From a virus (Duplodnaviria; Heunggongvirae; Uroviricota; Caudoviricetes): DNA of 47,375 nt. Both the position numbers and the translations under genes were made by a program. Of this stretch, positions 1 to 8,191 are shown in pieces (the first letter of the stretch is position 1; each line of letters begins with the position of its first letter). The notes beneath the pieces are model-generated. The model saw only the letters and a program-made list of their open reading frames with translations, searched no databases and was not told the origin of the DNA. Location of the stretch: positions 71,520-118,894 of IMG/VR virus record IMGVR_UViG_2795385816_000003. The stretch is one strand, 5' to 3'.

Positions 1-464
1 CGAACCCTAGTTGCGACTGGCCTGGGTTGACCCGACACACCCCCCGCGCTTGCCGGGGAAAAATTATTTTCTGGGCTACTGTCTCTTCTTGTCCCCAGCT
101 AGTCAACAGGTTTGTCCACACGGGCGGTGGCTGTTGATCTGCTGTTTCGGGGTTCATCCACAGTTTCGGCATCGAAAATCGGCCGCCGTGCGTGGTTCTT
201 AGATTCGGGTGTTTTTGCAGTATTTCTGCGCTTGCGGCGTGACCTGCGTTACTTACACCGATAAGATTTAGCTGCTTGGAAGGAGCCCCGGGCCGGAATG
301 CCTGGGGGTCAGGCGTCACGGCCTGGGACCCCTAATCCCTGTTTGCGGCAGGATTTGAAGGTATCAGGATTGGTCACGACTCGCCAAAAAAGTCTGCGAG
401 TCGTGGGCTGGTGCCGTCACTTCCAACGTTTGCGTATGGCGAATGACCTGCGCAAAGGAAGGAA

Positions 465-1049
465 ATGGCAATGATTGGTAACAAGATCGCTCGCGGCGCG
501 GCTGCGGGCGTGTTGGCGGTCGGGGCATTCGCGCTGACCGCGTGCGTCGGCGACAAATCCGAGGCCAGTCCGGCGGTCGCGCAGCTGGGTTCCTCTGTGA
601 AGGTCAGCGGCTCGTCGGGCTGGAGTGGTGACGGGGATTATTCCGGCACTGTCACTGTCGATCCTGGTCCCGCGTGTGCGCTCGATGATGATGGTCGGGT
701 CGTTGTGTTCCATGTTCGGGCTGGCGCTGAGAAAGGCTCGGTCCCGACTGGCAACTGGAGGTTGCAGACCGGGAATGCCGACCCTGTGTCGAATGGTCAC
801 TTCGATCTTGGCGATTTCGCTGGGCCGTTGATTGGGTCGCCGGTTGATACGGACAAGGCGTGGGGTGATATCGCGTTCCATCTGCCCCCGAAGACCGTGC
901 CGACCCGACTGCAGCTATTCGCCGGTAACGATCGGTACAGCAACCCTCCGGGGGTTGCGCTTGCCCAGTGGGCGACGCCGATGGAGGTCAAAGCATCGGT
1001 GTATTGCTCGGGGCCGCTGCAACTGGCGGTCAAGGGAGAAACGCGGTGA
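465..1049 (+). CDS. Putative lipoprotein (accessory)
   Basis: Basic N-terminus, hydrophobic stretch and lipobox LTA-C (ALTACVGD); SD AAGGAAGG upstream. Confidence 0.8.
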   Translation: MAMIGNKIARGAAAGVLAVGAFALTACVGDKSEASPAVAQLGSSVKVSGSSGWSGDGDYSGTVTVDPGPACALDDDGRVVVFHVRAGAEKGSVPTGNWRLQTGNADPVSNGHFDLGDFAGPLIGSPVDTDKAWGDIAFHLPPKTVPTRLQLFAGNDRYSNPPGVALAQWATPMEVKASVYCSGPLQLAVKGETR

Positions 1050-1242
1050 TGAACTGATCGGTTGAAGTGTCCCTCCAGTGCGGCAGCGGGGAAGTGGTCG
1101 TTCTGGAGGGACCTTTACCCATGGTGGCGGAGGCGCTTCGGGTGATGAACCCCACGGTTTTTGGTGTTTGGATCTTGATTCCCGGAAGTAGCGGCTAGCC
1201 TGACGCGGCCCCGGCAGGGCGCTGGGGTGGAGAGGGGTATTC

Positions 1243-1452
1243 GTGATGGCAGAGTCAAGTGACGACACACTGGATCCGTTACAGCAGGCGGAGCGGGAGG
1301 CGAAGTTGGCCTTGCTGCAGCGGATCACAACGTTGGCGGGGAATCCGATGGCCCCGTCGGGGTTGAAGGATCTAGCTGCAGCGTTCGCGTTGACTGTTGG
1401 TGCAAAATATGGGGAGTTGCCTGGCGGGATCGATGTGAAGGTCTCCCAGTAG
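1243..1452 (+). CDS. Small hypothetical protein (68-69 aa)
   Basis: SD AGAGGGG upstream; protein-like helical composition; followed by a hairpin. Confidence 0.65.
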   Translation: MMAESSDDTLDPLQQAEREAKLALLQRITTLAGNPMAPSGLKDLAAAFALTVGAKYGELPGGIDVKVSQ

Positions 1453-1466
1453 ACGCGATAAGCACA

Positions 1467-1506
1467 GGGGGCCGATCCTTCGGTTTGGGGGGCGGCCCCC
1501 TTCGCT
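1467..1506. terminator. GC-rich hairpin, likely terminator
   Basis: GGGGGCCG (1467-1474) / CGGCCCCC (1493-1500) followed by TTCGCTTG. Confidence 0.6.
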
Positions 1507-1514
1507 TGTGCGCG

Positions 1515-1646
1515 TTATACGACTGGGTGGTGTTCGAAGTCCTCGGCGACGGCGACTCGGACGAGCTCGGATTCGGAGCTCGTTTCGCCCGCATCGACGA
1601 GTTTCGTCGCGATCTGGCGAATGCTTTCCTGTCCGCCCGTCGATGT
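1515..1646 (-). pseudogene. Possible remnant of a ribbon-helix-helix (CopG/ParD-like) gene
   Basis: Start-less frame reads ...IRQIATKLVDAGETSSESELVRVAVAEDFEHHPVV*, similar to the LVxxGxxxSxSExxR RHH pattern; TAG stops upstream in frame. Confidence 0.25.
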
Positions 1647-1844
1647 CTAGTGTCGCAGGATCTATGTTGCTCCAAGATCGCGGAGCTGATCGAGGTCTGT
1701 GTTTGGCGTCTAGCAGGGCTGATGTAGGGCCAGTGTGGATATGGCTAACTCGTTATCAGGGGTTTTCTCGACATGGCAACCATGCGTGTGTAATGATCTG
1801 CCCTGGGGCGCGCGCTGCGTCGGCTGAAAGGGGCGGTTGCATTC

Positions 1845-2930
1845 ATGGTCATGAAGGATCGTTGGACGATGCCTGCGGGTTTGCGGCGGGCATCGGCGCT
1901 GGCGGCAATCGTCGCGCTGACTGTCGGTGGAGCGAAGATCGTCGATGACTACACCCTCCCCGGTAGTGGGTTCTCGGCGGTCGCGACGGTGGCTGCCGAG
2001 CCAACAGGCCCGCCGGGGCCGACCGGTGGAATGACCGACGGTGGGGGTTCCCAGTTTCAGCCACCGCAAATGCCCAGCTCAATGCCTGATTATCAGGGCG
2101 GCAACAATCAGCCGCCGCTGGATCAGAACTCGGGTATCAGCATCTATAATACGGGATCGCCTGGTGCGCAACAGGTTCCGGGGCAGCAGAGTGGGCAGCA
2201 GCCTCAGCAGGCCCAGCAGCCCGCTCATGGCACGCAGATGCCGGACTACCAGACCAATCCTGGTTACACCCAGGGCCCCGGTCAGCCCAACCCTAATTAC
2301 CAAGCGCCGCAGCAGCAGTCGCCTCAACAGCCGCAGCAGGGCCAGCAGCCGCAACAGCAGCCGAGTCAGCAGCAGCCCCAAAACAAGCAGGACGATACGA
2401 CGCAGCAATTGGACCAAAAGAAGCAGCAGTGCCAGCTGGCGGCCGTGCAGCTAGCTACCACGGCCGCAACGACTGCTGCGCCCGTGATTCTTGGTGGTGG
2501 GGGCCGCAGTCCCATTTGGTGGTTCGAGCCGGGGCTTGACCCAACTCCGACCCCGACGCCACCGTGCCCGCAGGGTACTGACTGCACCCAGAAGGCGCCG
2601 CCGCTGACGCCGGAACAGATTCAACAGATCCTCAACGATCCTGCTGTGAAGAACTACATCGACACGCAGATCAAGAAAGGTGTCCAGGAAGGAATCAAGG
2701 AGGAGAAGGACAAACCGCCGATTCTGGAGTCGCTGTTCGGCGGTCTCGTCGGATGTGCTTCCGGTGCCCTTGGGGGCGCAGCGCTCGGCGCTCTGGAAGG
2801 TGGGATTGGCGCCGGACCTGGAGCCATCTTGGGTTGCCTTGGTGGTCTTATTGGTGGCACCACTACCCCGATGATGACATACGGTCTTCAGCAGGCCGTT
2901 CCAACTCCAGCCCAGATGGTAGGACAATAG
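1845..2930 (+). CDS. Exported Gln/Pro-rich protein with C-terminal glycine-zipper (bacteriocin-like) segment; candidate toxin
   Basis: Long signal peptide ending ATVAA-EP; Q/P low-complexity stalk; C-terminal GGLVGCASGALGGAALGALEGGIGAGPGAILGCLGGLIGG. Confidence 0.75.
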   Translation: MVMKDRWTMPAGLRRASALAAIVALTVGGAKIVDDYTLPGSGFSAVATVAAEPTGPPGPTGGMTDGGGSQFQPPQMPSSMPDYQGGNNQPPLDQNSGISIYNTGSPGAQQVPGQQSGQQPQQAQQPAHGTQMPDYQTNPGYTQGPGQPNPNYQAPQQQSPQQPQQGQQPQQQPSQQQPQNKQDDTTQQLDQKKQQCQLAAVQLATTAATTAAPVILGGGGRSPIWWFEPGLDPTPTPTPPCPQGTDCTQKAPPLTPEQIQQILNDPAVKNYIDTQIKKGVQEGIKEEKDKPPILESLFGGLVGCASGALGGAALGALEGGIGAGPGAILGCLGGLIGGTTTPMMTYGLQQAVPTPAQMVGQ

Positions 2931-2932
2931 CG

Positions 2933-3163
2933 ATGGAAGATAAGCGAAGCTTGAAAGACGTGCTGTTTTCCTTTAAGGGCCGCATTATTGCTGCGGCGTT
3001 GGTGCTCGCATGGTCGCTGGTGTACGTGTGGGCACTCGTCTATTACCAAAATCCGATTTTCTGGGGATTCTTATTGCCCTTCGGTCTCGGCGCATGGGGT
3101 ATCTGGGACGCAGTAAAACGCAAGCGGGCGGGAGAGTTTGACAGTGGATCAAAGACCAACTAG
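2933..3163 (+). CDS. 76-aa two-TM membrane protein; candidate immunity protein
   Basis: ATG 2 nt after upstream stop; MEDKRSLKDVLFSFKGRIIAAALVLAWSLVYVWALV...FWGFLLPFGLGAWGIWD; visibly AT-richer DNA. Confidence 0.75.
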   Translation: MEDKRSLKDVLFSFKGRIIAAALVLAWSLVYVWALVYYQNPIFWGFLLPFGLGAWGIWDAVKRKRAGEFDSGSKTN

Positions 3164-3731
3164 TGCTGTTGGAGTAGCGGCAATCGTTGTCGCTGCTATT
3201 GCTGGCTGTTCCGCGCAAGAAGCCAAGCCTGCGGCGGGCACATCGACCGACACCGCTATTTCTGCGCCGGGAGCTGATTTCGACCAAATTCCTGGGCAAT
3301 TTCCTCAACAGGCTTCGGGGATACCTGGGGCATCTATCGCACCTGTTGGCGCATGCGTCAGTTTTGAAGGGCCCAAGAACAACGCCACATTGAAGGTTGT
3401 CGATTGTGGTTCACCAGTAAACGGGTTCAAGGTGATTCAGCGTGTCACCACACCTGATCAGTGCCCCGCAGACGTAGCCCAGAGGTTCTACATGAACCCC
3501 GATGAGGGGCAATTCACGGCCTGCCTGGATTACGCGTGGAGCGCCAATGACTGTCTGAGCATCGGCAAGGTAACCGCTGTCCGCGCCAAGTGCGATGACA
3601 CGTCGAAGCCGAACCGCGAAAAGCCGTTGAAGGTCATCTTGAACACCACCACGAATGCGGGGTGCGGTCCTGCGGGCGGCTTCCCGCATGCGGTGCGCAA
3701 GTTCACCGTTTGCACCGAGACGCAGAAGTAG
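3138..3731 (+). CDS. LppU-like lipoprotein
   Basis: Lipobox IAG-C; Cys-paired domain (VGACV...VVDC...QC...TACLDYAW...DCL) typical of the mycobacterial LppU/SCO3897 family. Confidence 0.75.
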   Translation: MTVDQRPTSAVGVAAIVVAAIAGCSAQEAKPAAGTSTDTAISAPGADFDQIPGQFPQQASGIPGASIAPVGACVSFEGPKNNATLKVVDCGSPVNGFKVIQRVTTPDQCPADVAQRFYMNPDEGQFTACLDYAWSANDCLSIGKVTAVRAKCDDTSKPNREKPLKVILNTTTNAGCGPAGGFPHAVRKFTVCTETQK

Positions 3732-3765
3732 AGTTCGGTACGTGGCCTCTAGGAGGGCCGGTGAC

Positions 3766-4908
3766 TCAATTGCCGCTGCTGGCGGGGGATTCATTCTGCT
3801 CGCCCTGTGGTTTTTGCTTTGCGAACGTCGCTTGGTGCTGCTTTAGCAACTGCAAGGCTCGCTCGTGGCTCTCGCGGTCACGTTGCCCGTCGCGATAATC
3901 AACCTTGCCTTGCTCGCGATTGCGGACAAGTTCGATGTAGCCGTGGATAGCGTGTTCCAGCCGATACCAAGGTTCGGGCGGTTGAGATAGGTCGCTTTCA
4001 CGTCGCCGGGGGATCTGTACCCACGTCAGATTCCACATTAGTTCGATCATGGGAGCGTTTTCGCGGACCAGTTTCTTGTCCTTCTCGTCCTGCACGAAAT
4101 TCTCAAACGGCCACTGATGCATCCCCCAGAAATCGCGCGGCACGTCGACTTCAAAGCCCATCGCTCGAACCATGTTGCTAGGCAACGCTGATACAAGGCC
4201 CTGCACTCGCATTTTGTTCTGGCTGGTGTCGTTGGTCTTGTATTCGCCCCATGCGGCGGCTAGGTCGATCAGAATCTTGCGCATCTCAGCGCACCACGCT
4301 CTGTCCATGGCTGCTTCGGCATCGCGTTCGACATCGCGCCGTTTGACCATCTCGTCAAACGTCTTATTGGGGATATCGTCGAGTACGTCTTTGAAATTCT
4401 TGCGTTCCGTTTCACCGGCGGGCAGCCAATCCAGTTCGACTGCGTTGCTACTACTTCCGTAGGTGAAGTGGGCGTGGAACGCGATGGCATGGCCGCGTTC
4501 TACGGTCGGCCCGTCCTCGCCCTCGTGCTGCTCGAATCTGAGCATCGTGTGCGGGTCGACGTTGATGAATCGGACGTCGTGGGCTGCCAACGTGCCGGTG
4601 TTGCGTAGCACGTAGCGGTCCCCTTCGGGATGCACGGTGATCGTCCACCCGTACTTCGCGCGTTCCTCGTTGGCCTGCGCTCGCGCCTCGGCTGAATGCG
4701 CGAGCGTAGATGCCTTCGCTGAATTGTGCGCTGATCTGGACGCTTGGAACTGCGCAAAGCACGCAACTCCGAGCGCGCCGACTGCGACGAGTGTCGCGCC
4801 GGACGAGTGGTAGTGCTTCCACAACCAGATGTCGAACGCGCCGACAACGACAATGATGACCAGCGCCACCGTCACGGATAGTTTCACCGGCCACCCCTTA
4901 CGTTTCAT
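3766..4908 (-). CDS. Membrane-anchored protein of unknown function (2 N-terminal TM segments plus soluble domain)
   Basis: 380-aa ORF with two hydrophobic segments and a coiled-coil-like linker; alternative start GTG at 4887 with AAGGGG upstream. Confidence 0.8.
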   Translation of the reverse strand: MKRKGWPVKLSVTVALVIIVVVGAFDIWLWKHYHSSGATLVAVGALGVACFAQFQASRSAHNSAKASTLAHSAEARAQANEERAKYGWTITVHPEGDRYVLRNTGTLAAHDVRFINVDPHTMLRFEQHEGEDGPTVERGHAIAFHAHFTYGSSSNAVELDWLPAGETERKNFKDVLDDIPNKTFDEMVKRRDVERDAEAAMDRAWCAEMRKILIDLAAAWGEYKTNDTSQNKMRVQGLVSALPSNMVRAMGFEVDVPRDFWGMHQWPFENFVQDEKDKKLVRENAPMIELMWNLTWVQIPRRRESDLSQPPEPWYRLEHAIHGYIELVRNREQGKVDYRDGQRDRESHERALQLLKQHQATFAKQKPQGEQNESPASSGN

Positions 4909-4910
4909 AT

Positions 4911-4938
4911 CTGGGCTTCGGTGCGCACCGAAGCCCAG
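4911..4938. repeat. Perfect 28-bp palindrome between divergent genes
   Basis: CTGGGCTTCGGTGC|GCACCGAAGCCCAG. Confidence 0.9.
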
Positions 4939-4972
4939 TGCTTGAAGTATTCAGCGAGGAGTACTGCGATAT

Positions 4973-6250
4973 GTGCGGAATCGCTGGGTTCACGTTTCAT
5001 CACCCCCTGCCAGACTTCCGCGCGTGCCCGAATACACGCAGCTTGCCGTCGATGATCTGCACACCTTCACAGGCAACCCGCGCCGCGGTGATGTCAGCGC
5101 AATCGCCGTTTCGTTGACCAAGCACGGCCAGTACCGGCCCATCGTGGTGAATCGGGGCAGCCAGACTGGCCGCCGCAACGAGGTGCTGGCCGGGAACCAC
5201 ACGTTGATGGCTGCGCGGTCGCTCGGCTGGACCACGATTGATGTCGGGATCGTGGATGTTGATGAGGACGCCGCGCGCTCGATCGTGGCGGCCGATAACC
5301 GGCTGGCCGACCTGGGCGAGTACGACACCTCCGACCTCTATCAGCTGTTGTCGTCGATCGAGGACTTGGGCGGAACCGGTTACGGGCTCGAGGATTTGTT
5401 GGCGATGGAGCGTGATCTGTTCCCGCCGGAGCCGCTGACTGACCCGGATGATGTTCCGCCGGCACCGGAGGTACCGGTGTCGCGGGCGGGTCAGTTGTGG
5501 TCGTTGGGGGAGCATCGGCTGCTGGTCGGGTCGGCGACCGATCTGGCGGGTGTGCGGGAGCTGTGTGGTGACGTGCAGCCGGATTGTGTGTGGACCGATC
5601 CGCCCTATGGCGTCGACTATGTGGGGAAGACGAAGGCGGCGTTGCGGATCCAAAACGACGTGACTGGTGGGCTTTTCGAGCTGCTGAAGGCGGCGTTCGA
5701 TGTGGTGGCCGCGGTGGCCCGGCCGGGCGCCCCGGTGTACGTGGCGCACGCGGACACCGAACGCACAACGTTCGAGTCCGCGATGGAAAGCGCCGGGCTG
5801 CAAGTGCGGCAGAACCTGGTGTGGGTGAAGAACATGATGGCCCTTGGCCGTTCGGACTACCAGTACCGGCACGAGCCCATCCTGTACGGGTTCGCCCCGG
5901 GCGGCGAGGGCCGGCTGGGGCGCGGCGGCGAGCGCTGGTTCGGCGACAACAAGTCCACCACGGTGTTTGAGGTGGACAAGCCTGCCTGCAACGCCGAACA
6001 CCCGACGATGAAGCCCGTGGCGTTGATCGAGGCGATGCTGGCCAACAGCCTGCGACCGGGCGGCGTGGTGCTGGACCCGTTCTCCGGCTCGGGGTCCACG
6101 TTGATCGCAGCGCATGGCCGCCAGTCGCGGTGCTTCGGTGTGGAATTGGATCCGCGGTATGCCGATGTGATTCTGCGTCGGTTCGAGGAGCACACGGGCA
6201 TCGTGCCGGAGCTCGACGGCGAGCCTGTGTCGTTCGCGGGCGCAGCCTGA
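4973..6250 (+). CDS. ParB-like domain fused to an N4/N6 DNA methyltransferase (true start possibly GTG 5024)
   Basis: GNPR...RPIVVN...VLAGNH ParB/Srx-like N-terminus; TDPPY, HPTMKP and DPFSGSGST methylase motifs. Confidence 0.9.
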   Translation: MRNRWVHVSSPPARLPRVPEYTQLAVDDLHTFTGNPRRGDVSAIAVSLTKHGQYRPIVVNRGSQTGRRNEVLAGNHTLMAARSLGWTTIDVGIVDVDEDAARSIVAADNRLADLGEYDTSDLYQLLSSIEDLGGTGYGLEDLLAMERDLFPPEPLTDPDDVPPAPEVPVSRAGQLWSLGEHRLLVGSATDLAGVRELCGDVQPDCVWTDPPYGVDYVGKTKAALRIQNDVTGGLFELLKAAFDVVAAVARPGAPVYVAHADTERTTFESAMESAGLQVRQNLVWVKNMMALGRSDYQYRHEPILYGFAPGGEGRLGRGGERWFGDNKSTTVFEVDKPACNAEHPTMKPVALIEAMLANSLRPGGVVLDPFSGSGSTLIAAHGRQSRCFGVELDPRYADVILRRFEEHTGIVPELDGEPVSFAGAA

Positions 6251-6254
6251 CCTC

Positions 6255-7772
6255 ATGTCCGCGGTGTTGAGTCTGGCGGCTGCCCGGTATGTGCGGGTGG
6301 CACGCGCCCGTCGACGGCCGGGGAGCCCCGCTGAGTTGGCGCGCCGTCTCGACACGAAGTTCCGTGTGACACCGACGATCCGGCTGCTGTCGGACCTCGC
6401 GGTGCGATCGGTCAGGGAGCCGGATCAGCGAGATGTTGTCAGCACTCCGCCGCGGACGGGAAAGTCGCAGTCGCTGGCGATCTGGACGCCCGCCTGGGCG
6501 TTGGGCGAAAACCCGGATCTGAAGATTGTGATCGTGTCGTACTCGGATGAGTTGGCGCAGACGCATTCTCGTGAGATCCGCAAGATCATCAACGAGCACG
6601 CCGAGTTCCTGGGATACCGGCTGGCGCGCGATAAGACGTCAGTGGGTCAGTGGCGGGTGGAGGGCCACGAGGGCGGCGTGCTGGCCACCGGTATCAACTC
6701 GGGTGTGACGGGTTTCGGCGCCGACCTGATGATCATCGACGACCCGGTTAAGGATGCGGCGGAAGCCGACTCGAAGGCGCATCGGCGGCGCGTGCTCAAC
6801 GAGTACCAATCGACGTTGTCGACGCGTGTGCATCCGGGCGGCTCCGTCGTGGTGGTGATGACGCGCTGGCATGAGGAAGACTTGGCCGGGGCGCTGATTA
6901 AGCAGGAGCCGGACCGGTGGCGGCGCACCAACATCCCCGCCGTCTCGGACCCGAAGATCCCCGACGCGCTCTGTCGGCCTGCTGGAGTGGCGATGGTCTC
7001 CGCGTTGGGATTCACGGCTGAGCATTTTGTGGCGACACGGCGCACCGTGGGGGAGCGGGTGTGGTTTGCACTGTATTGCGGCGAGCCCACGGCGCCAGCC
7101 GGCGGGCTGGTCAAGCAGAAGTGGTTGGACGATTGGCGGCTCCTACTCGCACCGTCGCGGCCGGTGTTCACCGTGGTGGCGGTAGACCCATCCGATAGCG
7201 GGTCGGGCGACTCGTGCGGTTTGATCGCGACATCGCTCACTGGACAGGGCGTGGTGGCGTTGATCGCGGACAAGTCCAAGCCGATGACATCGGACGAGTG
7301 GGCGCGTGAGTCTGTGCAGTTGGCGATTGACGTGGGGGCCAGCGAGATTGCGGTGGAAGGGTTCGCGGCCCGCGAGACCTACACGCGGGTGGTCAAGGAA
7401 GCGATCACCCGTGCCGAGGAGAACGGCGCACTGAACCGGCCGATCACGGTGTCGTCGTGGCCGCCGAAGGGCCGACCGCGCGTGGGCGATGCGGTGGCGC
7501 GCTCGGCCGCGCTGTTGCAGGCATTGGAGGTGGGCACGTGCCGGTTGGCGGGCCATTTTCCCGAGTTCGAGGCCAAGTCCGTGGCCTGGCAGGCAGGCCA
7601 ACACCAGCCGGACAACTTGGCGGCGTTAGTGATTGGACACGACGTCTGCGTGCATTCGGCGGGGCTGGAGTGGGACATCGCCGCGCCGCTGACGACTGTG
7701 GGCGGGCAGGGGATGCCTTCCGGCGCCGCGGTGACCGACTTGGAGGATTGGATCTCCCGCAAGATCAGCTGA
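6255..7772 (+). CDS. terL: Terminase large subunit
   Basis: Walker A PPRTGKS, Walker B MIIDDP, MTRWHEED motif, nuclease VAVDPS. Confidence 0.92.
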   Translation: MSAVLSLAAARYVRVARARRRPGSPAELARRLDTKFRVTPTIRLLSDLAVRSVREPDQRDVVSTPPRTGKSQSLAIWTPAWALGENPDLKIVIVSYSDELAQTHSREIRKIINEHAEFLGYRLARDKTSVGQWRVEGHEGGVLATGINSGVTGFGADLMIIDDPVKDAAEADSKAHRRRVLNEYQSTLSTRVHPGGSVVVVMTRWHEEDLAGALIKQEPDRWRRTNIPAVSDPKIPDALCRPAGVAMVSALGFTAEHFVATRRTVGERVWFALYCGEPTAPAGGLVKQKWLDDWRLLLAPSRPVFTVVAVDPSDSGSGDSCGLIATSLTGQGVVALIADKSKPMTSDEWARESVQLAIDVGASEIAVEGFAARETYTRVVKEAITRAEENGALNRPITVSSWPPKGRPRVGDAVARSAALLQALEVGTCRLAGHFPEFEAKSVAWQAGQHQPDNLAALVIGHDVCVHSAGLEWDIAAPLTTVGGQGMPSGAAVTDLEDWISRKIS

Positions 7773-7960
7773 GCGGTCGCTACGCCGATCCTTGGACAGT
7801 CAACACGCCGGTGAGCGCCAAGGCGGTAATTGGGTCCAACCGGGGGGTAGCGTCCTAAATGGCAATTGCTACGTCATGGCCCTCTTCATCGCTGGAGGGG
7901 CGGCGCGCTCGCTGAATCTCAGTGAATCGTGTCTTCCGCCCAGTGATGAAGGGAGTGTTC

Positions 7961-8071
7961 ATGTCGCGGCGAAAACAACGAAAAGCCGTAGAAGATTGGA
8001 TCAGGATTCTGATCTTCTTGCTACGGCTCATCGAGGTTATTGCTGTTGTGACCGGTAAACACTGGTACTAG
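7961..8071 (+). CDS. 36-aa hydrophobic peptide (type I toxin-like), below the ORF-track cutoff
   Basis: MSRRKQRKAVEDWIRILIFLLRLIEVIAVVTGKHWY*; SD GAAGGGAG at 7948-7955. Confidence 0.6.
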   Translation: MSRRKQRKAVEDWIRILIFLLRLIEVIAVVTGKHWY

Positions 8072-8105
8072 CCAGGGTTGAGGAACCGACTGCCATCGGT
8101 GACTC

Positions 8106-8134
8106 GGGGGCGGGGCTACTAAAGCCCGCCCTCT
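8106..8134. terminator. Hairpin downstream of the 36-aa ORF, possibly bidirectional
   Basis: GGGCGGGGCT-ACTAA-AGCCCGCCC (one bulged G). Confidence 0.55.
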
Positions 8135-8191
8135 ACCTGTCTGTTCAGCGTGCGTCATGCCGCAAAAGAGCGCTTATGGCGTGACGCGCAC

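Noticed and set aside
375-405. 10-bp inverted repeat CACGACTCGC/GCGAGTCGTG as a novel element
   Set aside because: Real hairpin, but with no supporting context beyond a likely terminator or leader structure
1647-1712. Three in-frame TAG codons upstream of the RHH-like fragment suggesting amber recoding
   Set aside because: TAG clearly terminates many genes in this phage (for example 16561, 17431, 19636); decay or chance is simpler
1485-1727. Plus-strand 80-aa ORF
   Set aside because: Starts inside the terminator hairpin, has no SD, and has no recognisable features
2160-2430. CAG microsatellite or phase-variation tract
   Set aside because: The Gln/Pro region mixes CAG, CAA, CCG and CCT codons; no long perfect repeat
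4998-5016. Eleventh CAC-box promoter before methylase GTG 5024 (CATCA-N8-CAGACT)
   Set aside because: Spacing fits but both elements are degenerate; not counted
5000-6599. Long reverse-strand ORFs (451 and 501 aa) and many similar long ORFs elsewhere (for example 18473-20260, 38322-39734)
   Set aside because: Shadow frames of well-supported genes in high-GC DNA; Arg/Pro/Ala-rich with no motifs
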